A stretch of 57,441 nt of DNA from an uncultured Gammaproteobacteria bacterium (GCA_964387865.1 CAYLXC010000004.1:1-57441); one strand, 5' to 3'; counted from the first letter of the stretch, positions 35,430 through 45,346 are shown. Numbers and translations are program-made. Notes: generated by a model not told the origin, from the sequence alone.

Positions 35430-37046
35430 ATGAAGTACATTTTTGTTAGTGGCGGTGTTATTAGTGGAATTGGTAAGGGCACAACAGCTGCCTCAATCGC
35501 TTACCTTTTAAAATCTCAAGGATTTAAAATTGCCCCCATAAAATTTGAAAATTATCTAAATTTAGATGCTGGAACAATAAATCCTATTGAACATGGTGAT
35601 CCATTTTTATGTGAGGACGGAACAGAGGCTGATATGGATATAGGGACATATGAGAAATTTTTGGATGAGGATATGGGAAAAGATAATTTTGTCACCATGG
35701 GCCAAATTTATCAATCAGTAATAGATAGGGAAAGAAGATTTGAATATAACGGGGAAGATGTAGAGGCAATACCATATGTTACCAATGAAATCATAGATCG
35801 GATTAATAATGTCGGAAGGCTTAGGAAAGCGGATATTGTAATTATAGAACTTGGTGGAACAGCTGGAGAGTATCAAAATGTTTTCTACTATGAAGCCTCA
35901 AGGATTATGACTTTGGCAAACAGGGGAGATGTTTTGCATATTCATGTTTCATATGTTCCTACACCTCCACATCTTGGAGAACCAAAAACTAAACCAACAC
36001 AACTTTCTGTAAGGACCTTAAATTCTTTAGGGATTCAGCCGGATTTTGTTATTGCAAGATCTGAAAAATATTTGGATCAAAGAAGAAGAGAAAGATTTGC
36101 ACTCTTTTGTAATATGAAGCCGGAAGATATTATATCAAACCCGGATCTTCCATCAGTTTATGAAATTCCTCTTACTTTGCACAAACAAGGAATTGAGGAA
36201 AAAATACTTAAAAAATTGGGACTTAAAGTTAAAAAACCTGATATAAGTGATTGGGAAAAACTGGTTGAAAAAATTGAAAGCAAAAAAGAAAAATCTATTG
36301 AAATTGCAATTGTTGGCAAGTACTTTGGAACCGGTGATTATCAGCTGAAAGATTCTTATGCTGCACTTTTTGATGCTATAGATCATGCAAGTTGGCAAAT
36401 GGGTGTTGAAGTTAAGACAAAATGGATAGATGCAGAAAAAGTGGAGAAGATGGGTACTGATATTATCGGTAAACCAGATGGGATAATAGTCCCAATAGGG
36501 TGGGGCGAAAGAGGAGCAGAAGGGATGATTACTGCTGCAAACTATGCAAGAGAAAACAAAATTCCATATTTGGGTTTATGCTATGGCATGCAGCTTGCAG
36601 TAGTTTCTTTTGCAAGAGAGGTTTTAGGATGGATAGATGCCAATACCACTGAAAACAGTAAGACCACCAAACATCCGGTAATACATCTAATGCCAAAACA
36701 AAAAGAGTTTATGGAAAAAAGGGCTTATGGTGGAACAATGAGATTAGGTACTTGGGATGCAATAGTTAAAAAAGATACCCAGGCTTTTGAGATTTACAAA
36801 ACCCAACACACTTCGGAAAGACACAGACACAGATATGAGTTTAATAATGATTATATAAAAGACTTTGAAAAAGCTGGGCTAGTAATTTCTGCAAGATCTC
36901 AAGTGGAGGAATTAGTGGAAATTATAGAACTCCCGAAAAATGTTCATCCATTTTATATGGGGACTCAAGGTCACCCGGAATATAAATCAAGACCCCTCAA
37001 ACCTCACCCAATCTTTTTGGCGTTTATAAAAGCTGCAAGTAAATAA
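35430..37046 (+). CDS. pyrG: CTP synthase
   Basis: KYIFVSGGVISGIGKG, ELGGTAG, KTKPTQ, LGLCYGMQ, ERHRHRYE, GHPEY. Confidence 0.98.
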   Translation: MKYIFVSGGVISGIGKGTTAASIAYLLKSQGFKIAPIKFENYLNLDAGTINPIEHGDPFLCEDGTEADMDIGTYEKFLDEDMGKDNFVTMGQIYQSVIDRERRFEYNGEDVEAIPYVTNEIIDRINNVGRLRKADIVIIELGGTAGEYQNVFYYEASRIMTLANRGDVLHIHVSYVPTPPHLGEPKTKPTQLSVRTLNSLGIQPDFVIARSEKYLDQRRRERFALFCNMKPEDIISNPDLPSVYEIPLTLHKQGIEEKILKKLGLKVKKPDISDWEKLVEKIESKKEKSIEIAIVGKYFGTGDYQLKDSYAALFDAIDHASWQMGVEVKTKWIDAEKVEKMGTDIIGKPDGIIVPIGWGERGAEGMITAANYARENKIPYLGLCYGMQLAVVSFAREVLGWIDANTTENSKTTKHPVIHLMPKQKEFMEKRAYGGTMRLGTWDAIVKKDTQAFEIYKTQHTSERHRHRYEFNNDYIKDFEKAGLVISARSQVEELVEIIELPKNVHPFYMGTQGHPEYKSRPLKPHPIFLAFIKAASK

Positions 37047-37049
37047 ATT

Positions 37050-37715
37050 ATGAAAAAGGGTAAGCTAATTGTTATTGATGGCATAGATGGTGCCGGGAAA
37101 ACAACACAGATTGAGCTCTTAAAAAAGTATTTGGATTCGCAAGGTATCCCTTGGGAGGCGCTCAGTTTCCCGCAATATGGGAAAAATAAGTATGCTGATG
37201 AAGTTAAAGATTATTTGGATGGTAAATTGGGGAAATTAGATGAGGTTGACCCATATTTTATTGCCGAAGCTTATGCTTCTGATAGGGAAACTGCTAAAAA
37301 CATAATTGATGGTTGGTTAGAGCAAGGAAAACTAATAATATCAAACAGATATATTTCCTCATCCAAAGCCCACCTAGGTTCTAATTTACCAGAAAATAAA
37401 AAAGAAGGATTTCTTAAATGGATTGATGATCTGGAGTATAAAAAAAATAAAATGCCAAAGGAAGATTTAGCCCTACTTTTGGTTGTTGATCCAAAAGTAG
37501 GGCAAAAGAATGTAAGAGATAAACATAATCCAGATATTCATGAAGATAATTTAAAACATTTGATAGAAGCAAATAAAATCTATTTAGAACTTTCTAAAAA
37601 AGAAAAAAATTGGGTTGTAGTGAATTGCATGGACAATGGGAAAATGAGGGCTAGACTGGATATACAAAAAGATATAGTAAAAATTATTGAAAATGTGGTA
37701 TCATCCAAAAGATGA
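37050..37715 (+). CDS. tmk: thymidylate kinase
   Basis: LIVIDGIDGAGKTTQ, FPQY, SNRYISS. Confidence 0.9.
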   Translation: MKKGKLIVIDGIDGAGKTTQIELLKKYLDSQGIPWEALSFPQYGKNKYADEVKDYLDGKLGKLDEVDPYFIAEAYASDRETAKNIIDGWLEQGKLIISNRYISSSKAHLGSNLPENKKEGFLKWIDDLEYKKNKMPKEDLALLLVVDPKVGQKNVRDKHNPDIHEDNLKHLIEANKIYLELSKKEKNWVVVNCMDNGKMRARLDIQKDIVKIIENVVSSKR

Positions 37716-38191
37716 AAAGTAGAATCCAACTAAGTCTGATAATAATCCTTGTAATTTTTGCCCTATCTTTGATACTTTCTCAAAATGCAAATCCGGATTT
37801 TCCTCCTCTTTTTACTTTAAAAAGATTGCAGGAAAAAATATTTTTAAGCATGGAATCTGGTTCATCCAATAAAGTAGATTATTTGAGTGCACTGTTGAAC
37901 AAAAGACTCTTGGAATTTAAAAATCTGATAAATAACAAAAATTATGATTATCTTTGGACTTCATCATTAAGATACTCCACAACAGCAGGGCAGATTACGG
38001 AATTAGTGAGTGCAAATAATTTGGGAGATAAGGTGGATTCTATAAAAAAACAATTTCTGGAGCATCAAAAAGTCTTGAATAATTTATATATTGCATATCC
38101 AAAAAATACGGATAATGTGGAATATAAATATTTAGAGGATGCTATAAACTATCTAAAAATATATTTGGATAAATTAGCAGAGGTTAAATAA
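37712..38191 (+). CDS. hypothetical membrane-anchored helical protein (DUF5667-like)
   Basis: N-terminal TM followed by PLFTLKRLQEKIFL. Confidence 0.6.
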   Translation: MKSRIQLSLIIILVIFALSLILSQNANPDFPPLFTLKRLQEKIFLSMESGSSNKVDYLSALLNKRLLEFKNLINNKNYDYLWTSSLRYSTTAGQITELVSANNLGDKVDSIKKQFLEHQKVLNNLYIAYPKNTDNVEYKYLEDAINYLKIYLDKLAEVK

Positions 38192-38837
38192 AGTTCCCAA
38201 GACTTTTTAGAATAGAAAATGCTCTATCAATATCTTTAGTTTCAATAATTACAGTTAACTCCGTATAGGTAGATAAAACCTCAATAACATTAATATTTTC
38301 AAAAGCAAGCATTTTTAAGATCTGGTAATAAACACCGGGAATATAAACCACCTCTTTAGGAAGTCTAATAGTAATAGATGATAAGGCTTTTATTTCTGAG
38401 ACTAAAGCCTCTCCTTTAAATATTCTTTTAACATCACCTGTTATTTCAGAACTTACTATAAATGTAGTTTCTCTAATTCCTTCTGAAAGAGTACATACAA
38501 CATCTCTTTTTAAGGAAACAGCATTTAATAACTGCCTTGTTTTCTCAGGCAGGTTTTCTGAATTTTGGAAAGTTAGCTCTGATAAATTAGACCTGACAGT
38601 TAGATCTGTAAGATCTAAGGATTGATTTTTCTTTTTATCTCTGGATAAACTATCGCTTATTCTTTTTAAAGCCATGACAATAGCTCCTTGCTTTACAGGT
38701 TTGTAGAGCCTTTTCTCTATTTGTGGACTAACCTCTCTTGCAAAAGCAGAGTAATTAATTATTCCTTTTGATAACCCCTCCTCAATCAGGGGATAGGACT
38801 TAATAATGTCATTTAAGGCATCAGCGATGCTAATCAT
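38184..38837 (-). CDS. ACT-domain protein (aspartate-kinase regulatory-like, with N-terminal helical domain)
   Basis: GIINYSAFARE...GAIVMALKR; C-terminal PGVYYQILKMLAFENINVIEVLSTYTELTVII ACT pattern. Confidence 0.75.
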   Translation of the reverse strand: MISIADALNDIIKSYPLIEEGLSKGIINYSAFAREVSPQIEKRLYKPVKQGAIVMALKRISDSLSRDKKKNQSLDLTDLTVRSNLSELTFQNSENLPEKTRQLLNAVSLKRDVVCTLSEGIRETTFIVSSEITGDVKRIFKGEALVSEIKALSSITIRLPKEVVYIPGVYYQILKMLAFENINVIEVLSTYTELTVIIETKDIDRAFSILKSLGNFI

Positions 38838-38946
38838 GTTAAAATCTTAACATTTTTTATAGATTTTGTCAAGAATATCTATTTTTTTGACATATTCCCT
38901 CTATACCTATAGAATCCTCACTATCTCCTTGAAAGGGGGAATAAAT

Positions 38947-40092
38947 ATGAGTGAAATAGTAACAAGTACAGGAGTAGTTGGATTGGATCCCTTTAGATCA
39001 GAGGGAAGGGTATACGAAACCCTTGGGGAAGTTTGTACTGCCCCAGACCAATTAATGGAAGAATTTGGAGTTGTAAGGGGGTTGGCTTTAGATAGAGGAA
39101 AGAGACGATGGGTTTTAAGGGCAGTTGTTGAAGAGGACGTTAGGAGCGACATTGGGGATAGTAATAATATTGAAGTAGACATACCTGTTGGTCTAACAGA
39201 TAACAGATCAAGTAGAAGATTAATAGTTTTAGCAGAAAATATTCATAGATCCGAAGTCCCGGAATGGGAAGATGTATATCGATTTTGGCAGGAACCATAT
39301 CCAAAAGAGATTGATCCTTTTGGTAATTTGGATTCAATTTCAGAACAGTTTCAATTAACAAGAATAGCAAATATTTCCAACCCGTGGCAACATGAGGAAT
39401 TTCTAGAAGATTTATTTGAAATCTGGAGACCTTTTGGGTGGACTAGGAAGGGAATACAAGAGTTTACGCATAAATATAGCAACCTATATTTTGTTGGTGG
39501 CACAAAAGATGACCATGGAGTTTGGTTTTCAGGTGTAAGAGATAGGTCTTCTAGAAGATTAGTTTCTGCCTGCCAAGCGGAAAGCCTTTATTTTGGAGGT
39601 GTATTAACCGTTGAGCTAACAGAGTTTGGTACAAAGCCAGATTTTCAAGGAAAAGGCCTTTGTAGCGCAGCTGTTACAGGTTTAATTGCTCAAGTCTTGC
39701 GTGATACGCTATATGCTGGTGGTGGATATCTCTCTAGTCGACCTTTAATTTTTGCCGAACTAAATATGACAACTCGCTCGGATGTAATTGCTAGAAAAGT
39801 AGGAATGACTATTCCTTCAGTTGAGGGTCAAACAGGATTACAAAGTCCAACCCAGGTTTTAAGAAGAAATGTTTCTATTCTAGATGGATATGAACCTAAT
39901 GATTTAAGGTTAGTTGAACTAGTTCCTCAATTTGGGGGACCATTAGCTGATCACTTCAGAGATGCTTATGGAGAAAACTATCCTTATTGGCGAAACTTTA
40001 TTGTTGGGATCTTACCTAGAGAAGCCATTAATAGATATTATCCATTCGAGCAGACAGAAAGAATATTAGCTCATTATGAACCTGTAAGATGA
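38947..40092 (+). CDS. GNAT-family acetyltransferase-like protein
   Basis: ELTEFGTKPDFQGKGLCS (acetyl-CoA motif A); start ATG 38947 after an AAGGGGG SD-like site. Confidence 0.65.
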   Translation: MSEIVTSTGVVGLDPFRSEGRVYETLGEVCTAPDQLMEEFGVVRGLALDRGKRRWVLRAVVEEDVRSDIGDSNNIEVDIPVGLTDNRSSRRLIVLAENIHRSEVPEWEDVYRFWQEPYPKEIDPFGNLDSISEQFQLTRIANISNPWQHEEFLEDLFEIWRPFGWTRKGIQEFTHKYSNLYFVGGTKDDHGVWFSGVRDRSSRRLVSACQAESLYFGGVLTVELTEFGTKPDFQGKGLCSAAVTGLIAQVLRDTLYAGGGYLSSRPLIFAELNMTTRSDVIARKVGMTIPSVEGQTGLQSPTQVLRRNVSILDGYEPNDLRLVELVPQFGGPLADHFRDAYGENYPYWRNFIVGILPREAINRYYPFEQTERILAHYEPVR

Positions 40093-40775
40093 CTATATCG
40101 AATCAAGTGTCTCGCTCTCTAGCTAAGACGTCCAAACCACATCCTGTTATCCCGAAGAGGTTTTTGGAAGATCCTCCTTTTGTTTTTGATTTTACAAAAG
40201 GAAATAAAATTCTTTCAGAAATTGATCTTCATGATACAAAGGTTTCAAGTAGATATATTAATGAGACACTAAGAAGATCGGGACGAAGACTTGGAATTGG
40301 AAAGTATGGAGAGGATAGATCAATTTATAGAAGTTCATTATACAAAAGCAAAGGTGAAGCAAGATCAGTGCATCTTGCCATTGATCTTTTTGTACCTGCA
40401 GGGACACCAATATTAGCACCACTTAATGGAATAATACATAGCTTTCAGGATAATAATAATTTTCTTGATTATGGTCCAACTATTATTTTGGAACATAACT
40501 TAAATGGAATAAAATTTTATACTCTATATGGACATTTGAGTCGAAATTCGCTAGATAAATTAACTGTGGGGCAAAAAGTAAGTGCTGGTGAAAAGATTGC
40601 TACAGTTGGGCAACCGTATGAAAATGGTATATGGCCAACACATCTTCATTTCCAAATAATTACAGACATGTTGGGATTTAAAGGAGATTTTCCCGGAGTG
40701 GCAAGGCTATCAGAAAAAGAATATTATCTTAAACTTTGTCCTGATCCGAATATTCTTTTACAACTTCCTACTTGA
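40089..40775 (+). CDS. peptidase M23 family metalloendopeptidase
   Basis: HLAIDL (HxxxD), YTLYGHL, GIWPTHLHFQ (HxH). Confidence 0.9.
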   Translation: MTISNQVSRSLAKTSKPHPVIPKRFLEDPPFVFDFTKGNKILSEIDLHDTKVSSRYINETLRRSGRRLGIGKYGEDRSIYRSSLYKSKGEARSVHLAIDLFVPAGTPILAPLNGIIHSFQDNNNFLDYGPTIILEHNLNGIKFYTLYGHLSRNSLDKLTVGQKVSAGEKIATVGQPYENGIWPTHLHFQIITDMLGFKGDFPGVARLSEKEYYLKLCPDPNILLQLPT

Positions 40776-40812
40776 AAAAAGGCAGCCCAAAATATAAAGT
40801 AATGAAGTTAAA

Positions 40813-41478
40813 ATGCAAAAGAGAATATCAAAAAAACAGATCCTTCGCTCCGCTCGGAATGACAAAGTAGAAGATATAGTTGGGACGCTGCCTGATTGGG
40901 TAATTAAGGACCATATAAAAAAGGGAATTATTAAAATTAATCCTCTCCCGAAAGATTGGGAGTCCTTAGTTGATGAGGTGACAATTGATTTTCATCTGGG
41001 AAATAATTTAAGAGTTTTTACAGGGGACGGGTGGGATATTATAGATACCAAACATACAACCAAGCAGGAAATGGAAGGTATGATGAAATTGATAGTGTTA
41101 AAACCGGGCCAGCCTTTTGTCTTGTCTGATAAAGATTTTGTTATTGCAACAACTAAAGAAAAATTAACACTACCTAATGATATTGTGGGACACCTTCATG
41201 GTAAAAGTTCTTTGGCAAGACTCGGAATTGCAGTTCACTCAACTGCAGCAAGGTTTGACCCGGGTTGGAATGGGCATCCGGTATTGGAATTTGGAACATT
41301 TTTAAAAGGCAAAAGGGTAGTTATTTATGAGGGTGCACCCATTTGTGCTTTTTCATTTGAAAAATTATCAGCCCCTGTGACAAGGTCATATAGAAAAAGT
41401 CCTAATAATAGATATGGGGGATCTGATATGCCACAGGTTTCTAATTTAATGGGAAAGAAGAACTCGAAAGTAAGATGA
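40813..41478 (+). CDS. dcd: dCTP deaminase
   Basis: GKSSLARLG, FDPGWNG, VLEF with the catalytic Glu, ICAFSF. Confidence 0.88.
   Translation: MQKRISKKQILRSARNDKVEDIVGTLPDWVIKDHIKKGIIKINPLPKDWESLVDEVTIDFHLGNNLRVFTGDGWDIIDTKHTTKQEMEGMMKLIVLKPGQPFVLSDKDFVIATTKEKLTLPNDIVGHLHGKSSLARLGIAVHSTAARFDPGWNGHPVLEFGTFLKGKRVVIYEGAPICAFSFEKLSAPVTRSYRKSPNNRYGGSDMPQVSNLMGKKNSKVR
40838..40863 (-). repeat. GTCAT-type REP-like element in the dcd 5' coding region
   Basis: Reverse complement GTCATTCCGAGCGGAGCGAAGGATCT; read as QILRSARND. Confidence 0.75.
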
Positions 41479-42041
41479 TTATTGGAATCGATGAAGTTTT
41501 ACAAAGAGTAAAGAAAAATAAATTAATTGAAAACCTCGGGAATCGTGAACTCATAAACCCCGAAGGGGTTGGGATAGATTTAAGATTGGGGGCAGTTTAT
41601 GAAATATTGGAAGGTGGAGCTTTTATTGAGGCAGATGGAAAATTTGGTCTGGGAAAGAGAAAAGGGGTTAGAACTCAAATTATTGCAGAATTTAGACCAA
41701 GAGCAAAGAAACAAGAAATAGTGGTTATAAAACCAGGTGAGTATTATTTGGTATCAACTCTGGAAAAAATAAATACCCCTAAAGATTTAATGCCCGTTAT
41801 TTTTCCAAGGACTTCACTTTTTAGAGCCGGATTACTTTTGTTAAATTCCAAAACAGATCCGGGATACAAAGGTACATTAACCATGGGGCTTAAAAACTTA
41901 TCTAATTTTGATGTAAAACTCCAAATGGGAGCCAGAATTTGTAATATAGTCTTTTATAAAATTGAAGGGAAAACTGTTAACTATCGTGGTCAGCATCAAG
42001 GTGGTAGAATTAGTCCGCAGGATGAAGAACAACAAGTCTAG
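41475..42041 (+). CDS. dCTP deaminase/dUTPase superfamily protein, probably an archaeal-type dUTPase
   Basis: GIDLR, PRTSLFRAG, DPGYKGTLTM (no catalytic Glu), YRGQHQG. Confidence 0.7.
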   Translation: MIIGIDEVLQRVKKNKLIENLGNRELINPEGVGIDLRLGAVYEILEGGAFIEADGKFGLGKRKGVRTQIIAEFRPRAKKQEIVVIKPGEYYLVSTLEKINTPKDLMPVIFPRTSLFRAGLLLLNSKTDPGYKGTLTMGLKNLSNFDVKLQMGARICNIVFYKIEGKTVNYRGQHQGGRISPQDEEQQV

Positions 42042-42984
42042 ACACCCGGAATACCAGTATTTGGATCTTTTAAAAGATATCATGAAAAATGGTGTTGACA
42101 AACCTGTATTTAATAATCCAGGAGTCCATATTAGATCTATTTTTGGAAGACAAATGAGATTCGACTTATCAAAAGGATTTCCGCTTCTTACAACAAAAAA
42201 AGTTTTTTTAAGAGGGATCATTCATGAGCTTCTTTGGTTTTTAAAAGGGGATTCCAATATTAAATATTTGGTTGATAACGATGTACATATTTGGAATGAA
42301 TGGGCATACAAAGGGTACAAAGGGGAAAGAAAAAATACTTCACCCTTAACTCAAGCCGAATTTATCCAAAGGATTAAAGAATTACCAGCAAGCCATCCTT
42401 TTGTAAAAAAATGGGGGGATTTGGGAAATGTTTATGGGGTTCAGTGGAGAAGATGGAAAACTTCTGATAAAAGAATTATTGACCAACTTGCATGGGCAAT
42501 AAGGGAATTAAAAACAACACCTTTTAGAAAATCAATTGTGGTTTCAGCCTGGAATCCGGAGTTTATTTATGAAATGGCATCACCTGGAAAATCCATGGCC
42601 CTTCCTCCATGCCATACACTTTTTCAGCTTAATGTTAATGATAAAAAGCAATTAACTTTGCAACTTTATCAAAGATCCGCAGATACATTTTTGGGAGTCC
42701 CGTTTAATATTGCAAGTTATGCTTTATTTACCATGATGCTTGCCCAAGTTGTGGGACTTAGGCCCGGAGAATTTGTTCATACTTTTGGTGATGTACATAT
42801 TTATAGTAATCACATGACCCAAGTAAAAGAACAATTAAAAAGGAAGCCCCGTCCTTTCCCAAAAATGAAAATAAATCCGCGCGTTAAAAATATTGATGAT
42901 TTTAAGTTGGAGGATTTTGAAGTGGTAGGCTATAACCCATATCCACCAATAAAAGGTGAGGTGACAGTCGTCGGTGGGTTCTAA
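42022..42984 (+). CDS. thyA: thymidylate synthase ThyA
   Basis: GFPLLTTKK, ELLWFLKG, YGVQWR, ALPPCH, YQRSAD..LGVPFNIASY; start ATG 42022. Confidence 0.97.
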   Translation: MKNNKSRHPEYQYLDLLKDIMKNGVDKPVFNNPGVHIRSIFGRQMRFDLSKGFPLLTTKKVFLRGIIHELLWFLKGDSNIKYLVDNDVHIWNEWAYKGYKGERKNTSPLTQAEFIQRIKELPASHPFVKKWGDLGNVYGVQWRRWKTSDKRIIDQLAWAIRELKTTPFRKSIVVSAWNPEFIYEMASPGKSMALPPCHTLFQLNVNDKKQLTLQLYQRSADTFLGVPFNIASYALFTMMLAQVVGLRPGEFVHTFGDVHIYSNHMTQVKEQLKRKPRPFPKMKINPRVKNIDDFKLEDFEVVGYNPYPPIKGEVTVVGGF

Positions 42985-43005
42985 TTTAGCACGACAAGGA
43001 ATATT

Positions 43006-43494
43006 ATGAATAAACCAAAGATATCCATGATTGCTGCAATTGCTTCCGGTAACAGGGCATTGGGAAAAAACGGGAAGCTCATTTATCATATTTCGGAAGA
43101 TCTGAAAAGATTTAGGAAAATAACAGAAGGACATGTTGTTATAATGGGAAGGAAAACGTTTGAATCCATCGGTCACCCTTTGCCAAATAGAGTAAACATT
43201 ATTATTACCCGTGATAAGAATTACCATGTGGACGGTGCAATTATTGTTCATTCCCTAGATGAAGCGATCCAAGTGGGTAAGGAAAAAGAAACAAATGAAG
43301 TATTCGTTATCGGTGGAGGACAAATTTACCAGGAAGCCATAAATATGGCAGATAAATTATACTTAACAATAGTAGATGGAAATCCGGATGCTGATACATT
43401 TTTCCCGGACTATTCTGAATTTAAAAAAATAGTTTTTGAAGAAAATCATGAGGCCGATGGATTAAAATACAAATTTTTAACCTTGGAAAGATAA
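43006..43494 (+). CDS. folA: dihydrofolate reductase
   Basis: IMGRKTFESI, PLPNR, VIGGGQIY, ADTFFP. Confidence 0.97.
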   Translation: MNKPKISMIAAIASGNRALGKNGKLIYHISEDLKRFRKITEGHVVIMGRKTFESIGHPLPNRVNIIITRDKNYHVDGAIIVHSLDEAIQVGKEKETNEVFVIGGGQIYQEAINMADKLYLTIVDGNPDADTFFPDYSEFKKIVFEENHEADGLKYKFLTLER

Positions 43495-43565
43495 AGAAAT
43501 TGTGATGTTACGGTATTCAAGTTGCACCAAACCTAAAATTATTATAAAATTTCTACTGAATTATT

Positions 43566-43949
43566 ATGCCAGGAAAACTAAGACGATTAAAAAGAGAAAT
43601 ACATGAAGTTGAGAGACAGTTACGTCGATCGAGAGAGGATAATTTATCACAAAAAGGAGCCTTACAGATTGGGGAAGAATTACCTACTGAAAATTCTTAC
43701 AATCCAGTAACAGAAAGAATTTATGAACCCTTTATTGGTTCATCAGAATTTATGGCTTTGCCTTTGGAACATCAAAAAATCTTGAGAAGAGAATTTACAG
43801 CTATGTACAGTGGCGATATTGACCCTTTAAGAGAAATTTATGATGATGCTGTTAAAGCTCATGTTAACCAAGAGCATCTTCATAGGGCAACCATTGAAGG
43901 TATTCATCGGGTATCTGTGAATCCACTATCTCCAGAGCGACTTGGTTGA
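43566..43949 (+). CDS. hypothetical protein
   Basis: 127 aa ORF, no family recognised. Confidence 0.6.
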   Translation: MPGKLRRLKREIHEVERQLRRSREDNLSQKGALQIGEELPTENSYNPVTERIYEPFIGSSEFMALPLEHQKILRREFTAMYSGDIDPLREIYDDAVKAHVNQEHLHRATIEGIHRVSVNPLSPERLG

Positions 43950-43974
43950 CATTTGATCTCTTGCGAGGTAAACT
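43946..43974 (+). promoter_or_regulatory. rpsB promoter
   Basis: TTGACA, 17 nt, TAAACT. Confidence 0.7.
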
Positions 43975-43975
43975 T

Positions 43976-44042
43976 ACACACATTACGCACCCATAACTTC
44001 TAGAGTCTCTGACCGCATTTGTTATGGGGAGGATAAGAGACT
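43976..44042 (+). promoter_or_regulatory. structured rpsB 5' leader (putative S2 autoregulatory element, pseudoknot)
   Basis: CCCATAAC(43990-97)/GTTATGGG(44021-28) stem; loop AGTCTCT(44004-10) complementary to AGAGACT(44036-42) next to the ATG. Confidence 0.6.
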
Positions 44043-44894
44043 ATGTTTAAAACTCCTTCATTGCAAGAGTTATTAGAAGCTGGTGTTCATTTTGGACACC
44101 AGGTTCGCCGTGGCCATCCAAGGATGAAACCATATATTTATGGAGTAAGAGAAGGAGTTCATGTTATAGATTTGACCCAGTCTGATAAATTTCTTAAGGA
44201 GGCTTGTGAATTTGTATATAACTTGGGAAAAGAGGGCAAAGTTTTGCTTTTTGTCGCAACCAAAAAACAGGCAAGACCGATTGTTGAGGATTCAGCAAAG
44301 AAACTTCAAGCCCCGTATTTGGTAGAAAGATGGATGGGAGGGTTTTTAACAAATTATGAAGAAATAAAGAAAAATATAAAACTTCTGAAAGATTTCAAAG
44401 AACAGAAGGAAAAGGGTGAGCTTTCCAAATATACTAAAAAAGAGCAGCTATTATTAGATAGAAAAATGGAAAAATTGGATAGAGATTTCAAAGGAGTAAT
44501 GGAACTTTTAGGTCTGCCGGATGCAATATTTGTAGTTGACGCGGTTTCTGATAATATTGCAGTTAAAGAAGCAAATAGATTAGGAATTAAAGTTGTTGCA
44601 ATTGCGGATTCAAATTGTAATGTTACACAAATAGATTATCCTATTCCGGGAAACGATGATGCTATAAAATCTATTAAGATTTTGGTAGAAGCTGTGGCAG
44701 GAGCATATGGGGAGGGTAAAAAGGAAGCTGGTAAAGTTGCAGCAAAGATTGCTAAAAAGGCATCCGCCGCTGCTGAAGCTCTGGAGGACAAGGAAAAAGA
44801 AGAAATACCAGAGGAATTGAAAGTAGAAGTTGCAGCAGCGGAAGAAATGGTAGAAAAAAAGGCGGTAAAGGAGGCAGAAAGAGTGGTGGAATGA
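44043..44894 (+). CDS. rpsB: 30S ribosomal protein S2
   Basis: LLEAGVHFGH, RWMGGFLTN, PGNDDAIKSI. Confidence 0.98.
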   Translation: MFKTPSLQELLEAGVHFGHQVRRGHPRMKPYIYGVREGVHVIDLTQSDKFLKEACEFVYNLGKEGKVLLFVATKKQARPIVEDSAKKLQAPYLVERWMGGFLTNYEEIKKNIKLLKDFKEQKEKGELSKYTKKEQLLLDRKMEKLDRDFKGVMELLGLPDAIFVVDAVSDNIAVKEANRLGIKVVAIADSNCNVTQIDYPIPGNDDAIKSIKILVEAVAGAYGEGKKEAGKVAAKIAKKASAAAEALEDKEKEEIPEELKVEVAAAEEMVEKKAVKEAERVVE

Positions 44895-45340
44895 ATATAG
44901 ATTTAATTAAAAAACTAAGAGAACAGACTGGGGCTGGGATTGCTGATTGCAAGGAGGCTTTGAAAGAGGCAAAGGGGAATATGGAAAAAGCAAAAGAGTG
45001 GTTAAAGAAAAAAGGATTTGAAAAAGGAGTTAGGAAAGGTGCAAGAGAAGTCAAGGCTGGGTTAGTAGATGTGTATTCCCATGGTGGTAAGGTTGGGGTT
45101 TTAGTTGAACTACTTTGTGAGACAGATTTTGTAGCAAGGACCCAAGATTTTAAATCTTTGGCGCATGAGCTTTCCCTTCAAATTGCATCCATGAATCCAT
45201 CGTCGGTGGAAGAGTTATTCGAGCAGGAATACATCAGAGATTCTGAGATGACAATAGACCAATTAGTTAAGTCAGTAAGCGGGAAGTTAGGAGAGAATAT
45301 ACAAGTAGGGAGGTTTGAGAGAATAGCGTTGGGAGAATAA
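44891..45340 (+). CDS. tsf: elongation factor Ts (short form)
   Basis: IKKLREQTGAGIADCK, ELLCETDFVAR. Confidence 0.95.
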   Translation: MNIDLIKKLREQTGAGIADCKEALKEAKGNMEKAKEWLKKKGFEKGVRKGAREVKAGLVDVYSHGGKVGVLVELLCETDFVARTQDFKSLAHELSLQIASMNPSSVEELFEQEYIRDSEMTIDQLVKSVSGKLGENIQVGRFERIALGE

Positions 45341-45346
45341 CTTTCA

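Noticed and set aside
35294-35482. 62-aa minus-strand ORF between topA and pyrG
   Set aside because: It is composed of the pyrG antisense start, a heptamer array and a REP-like unit
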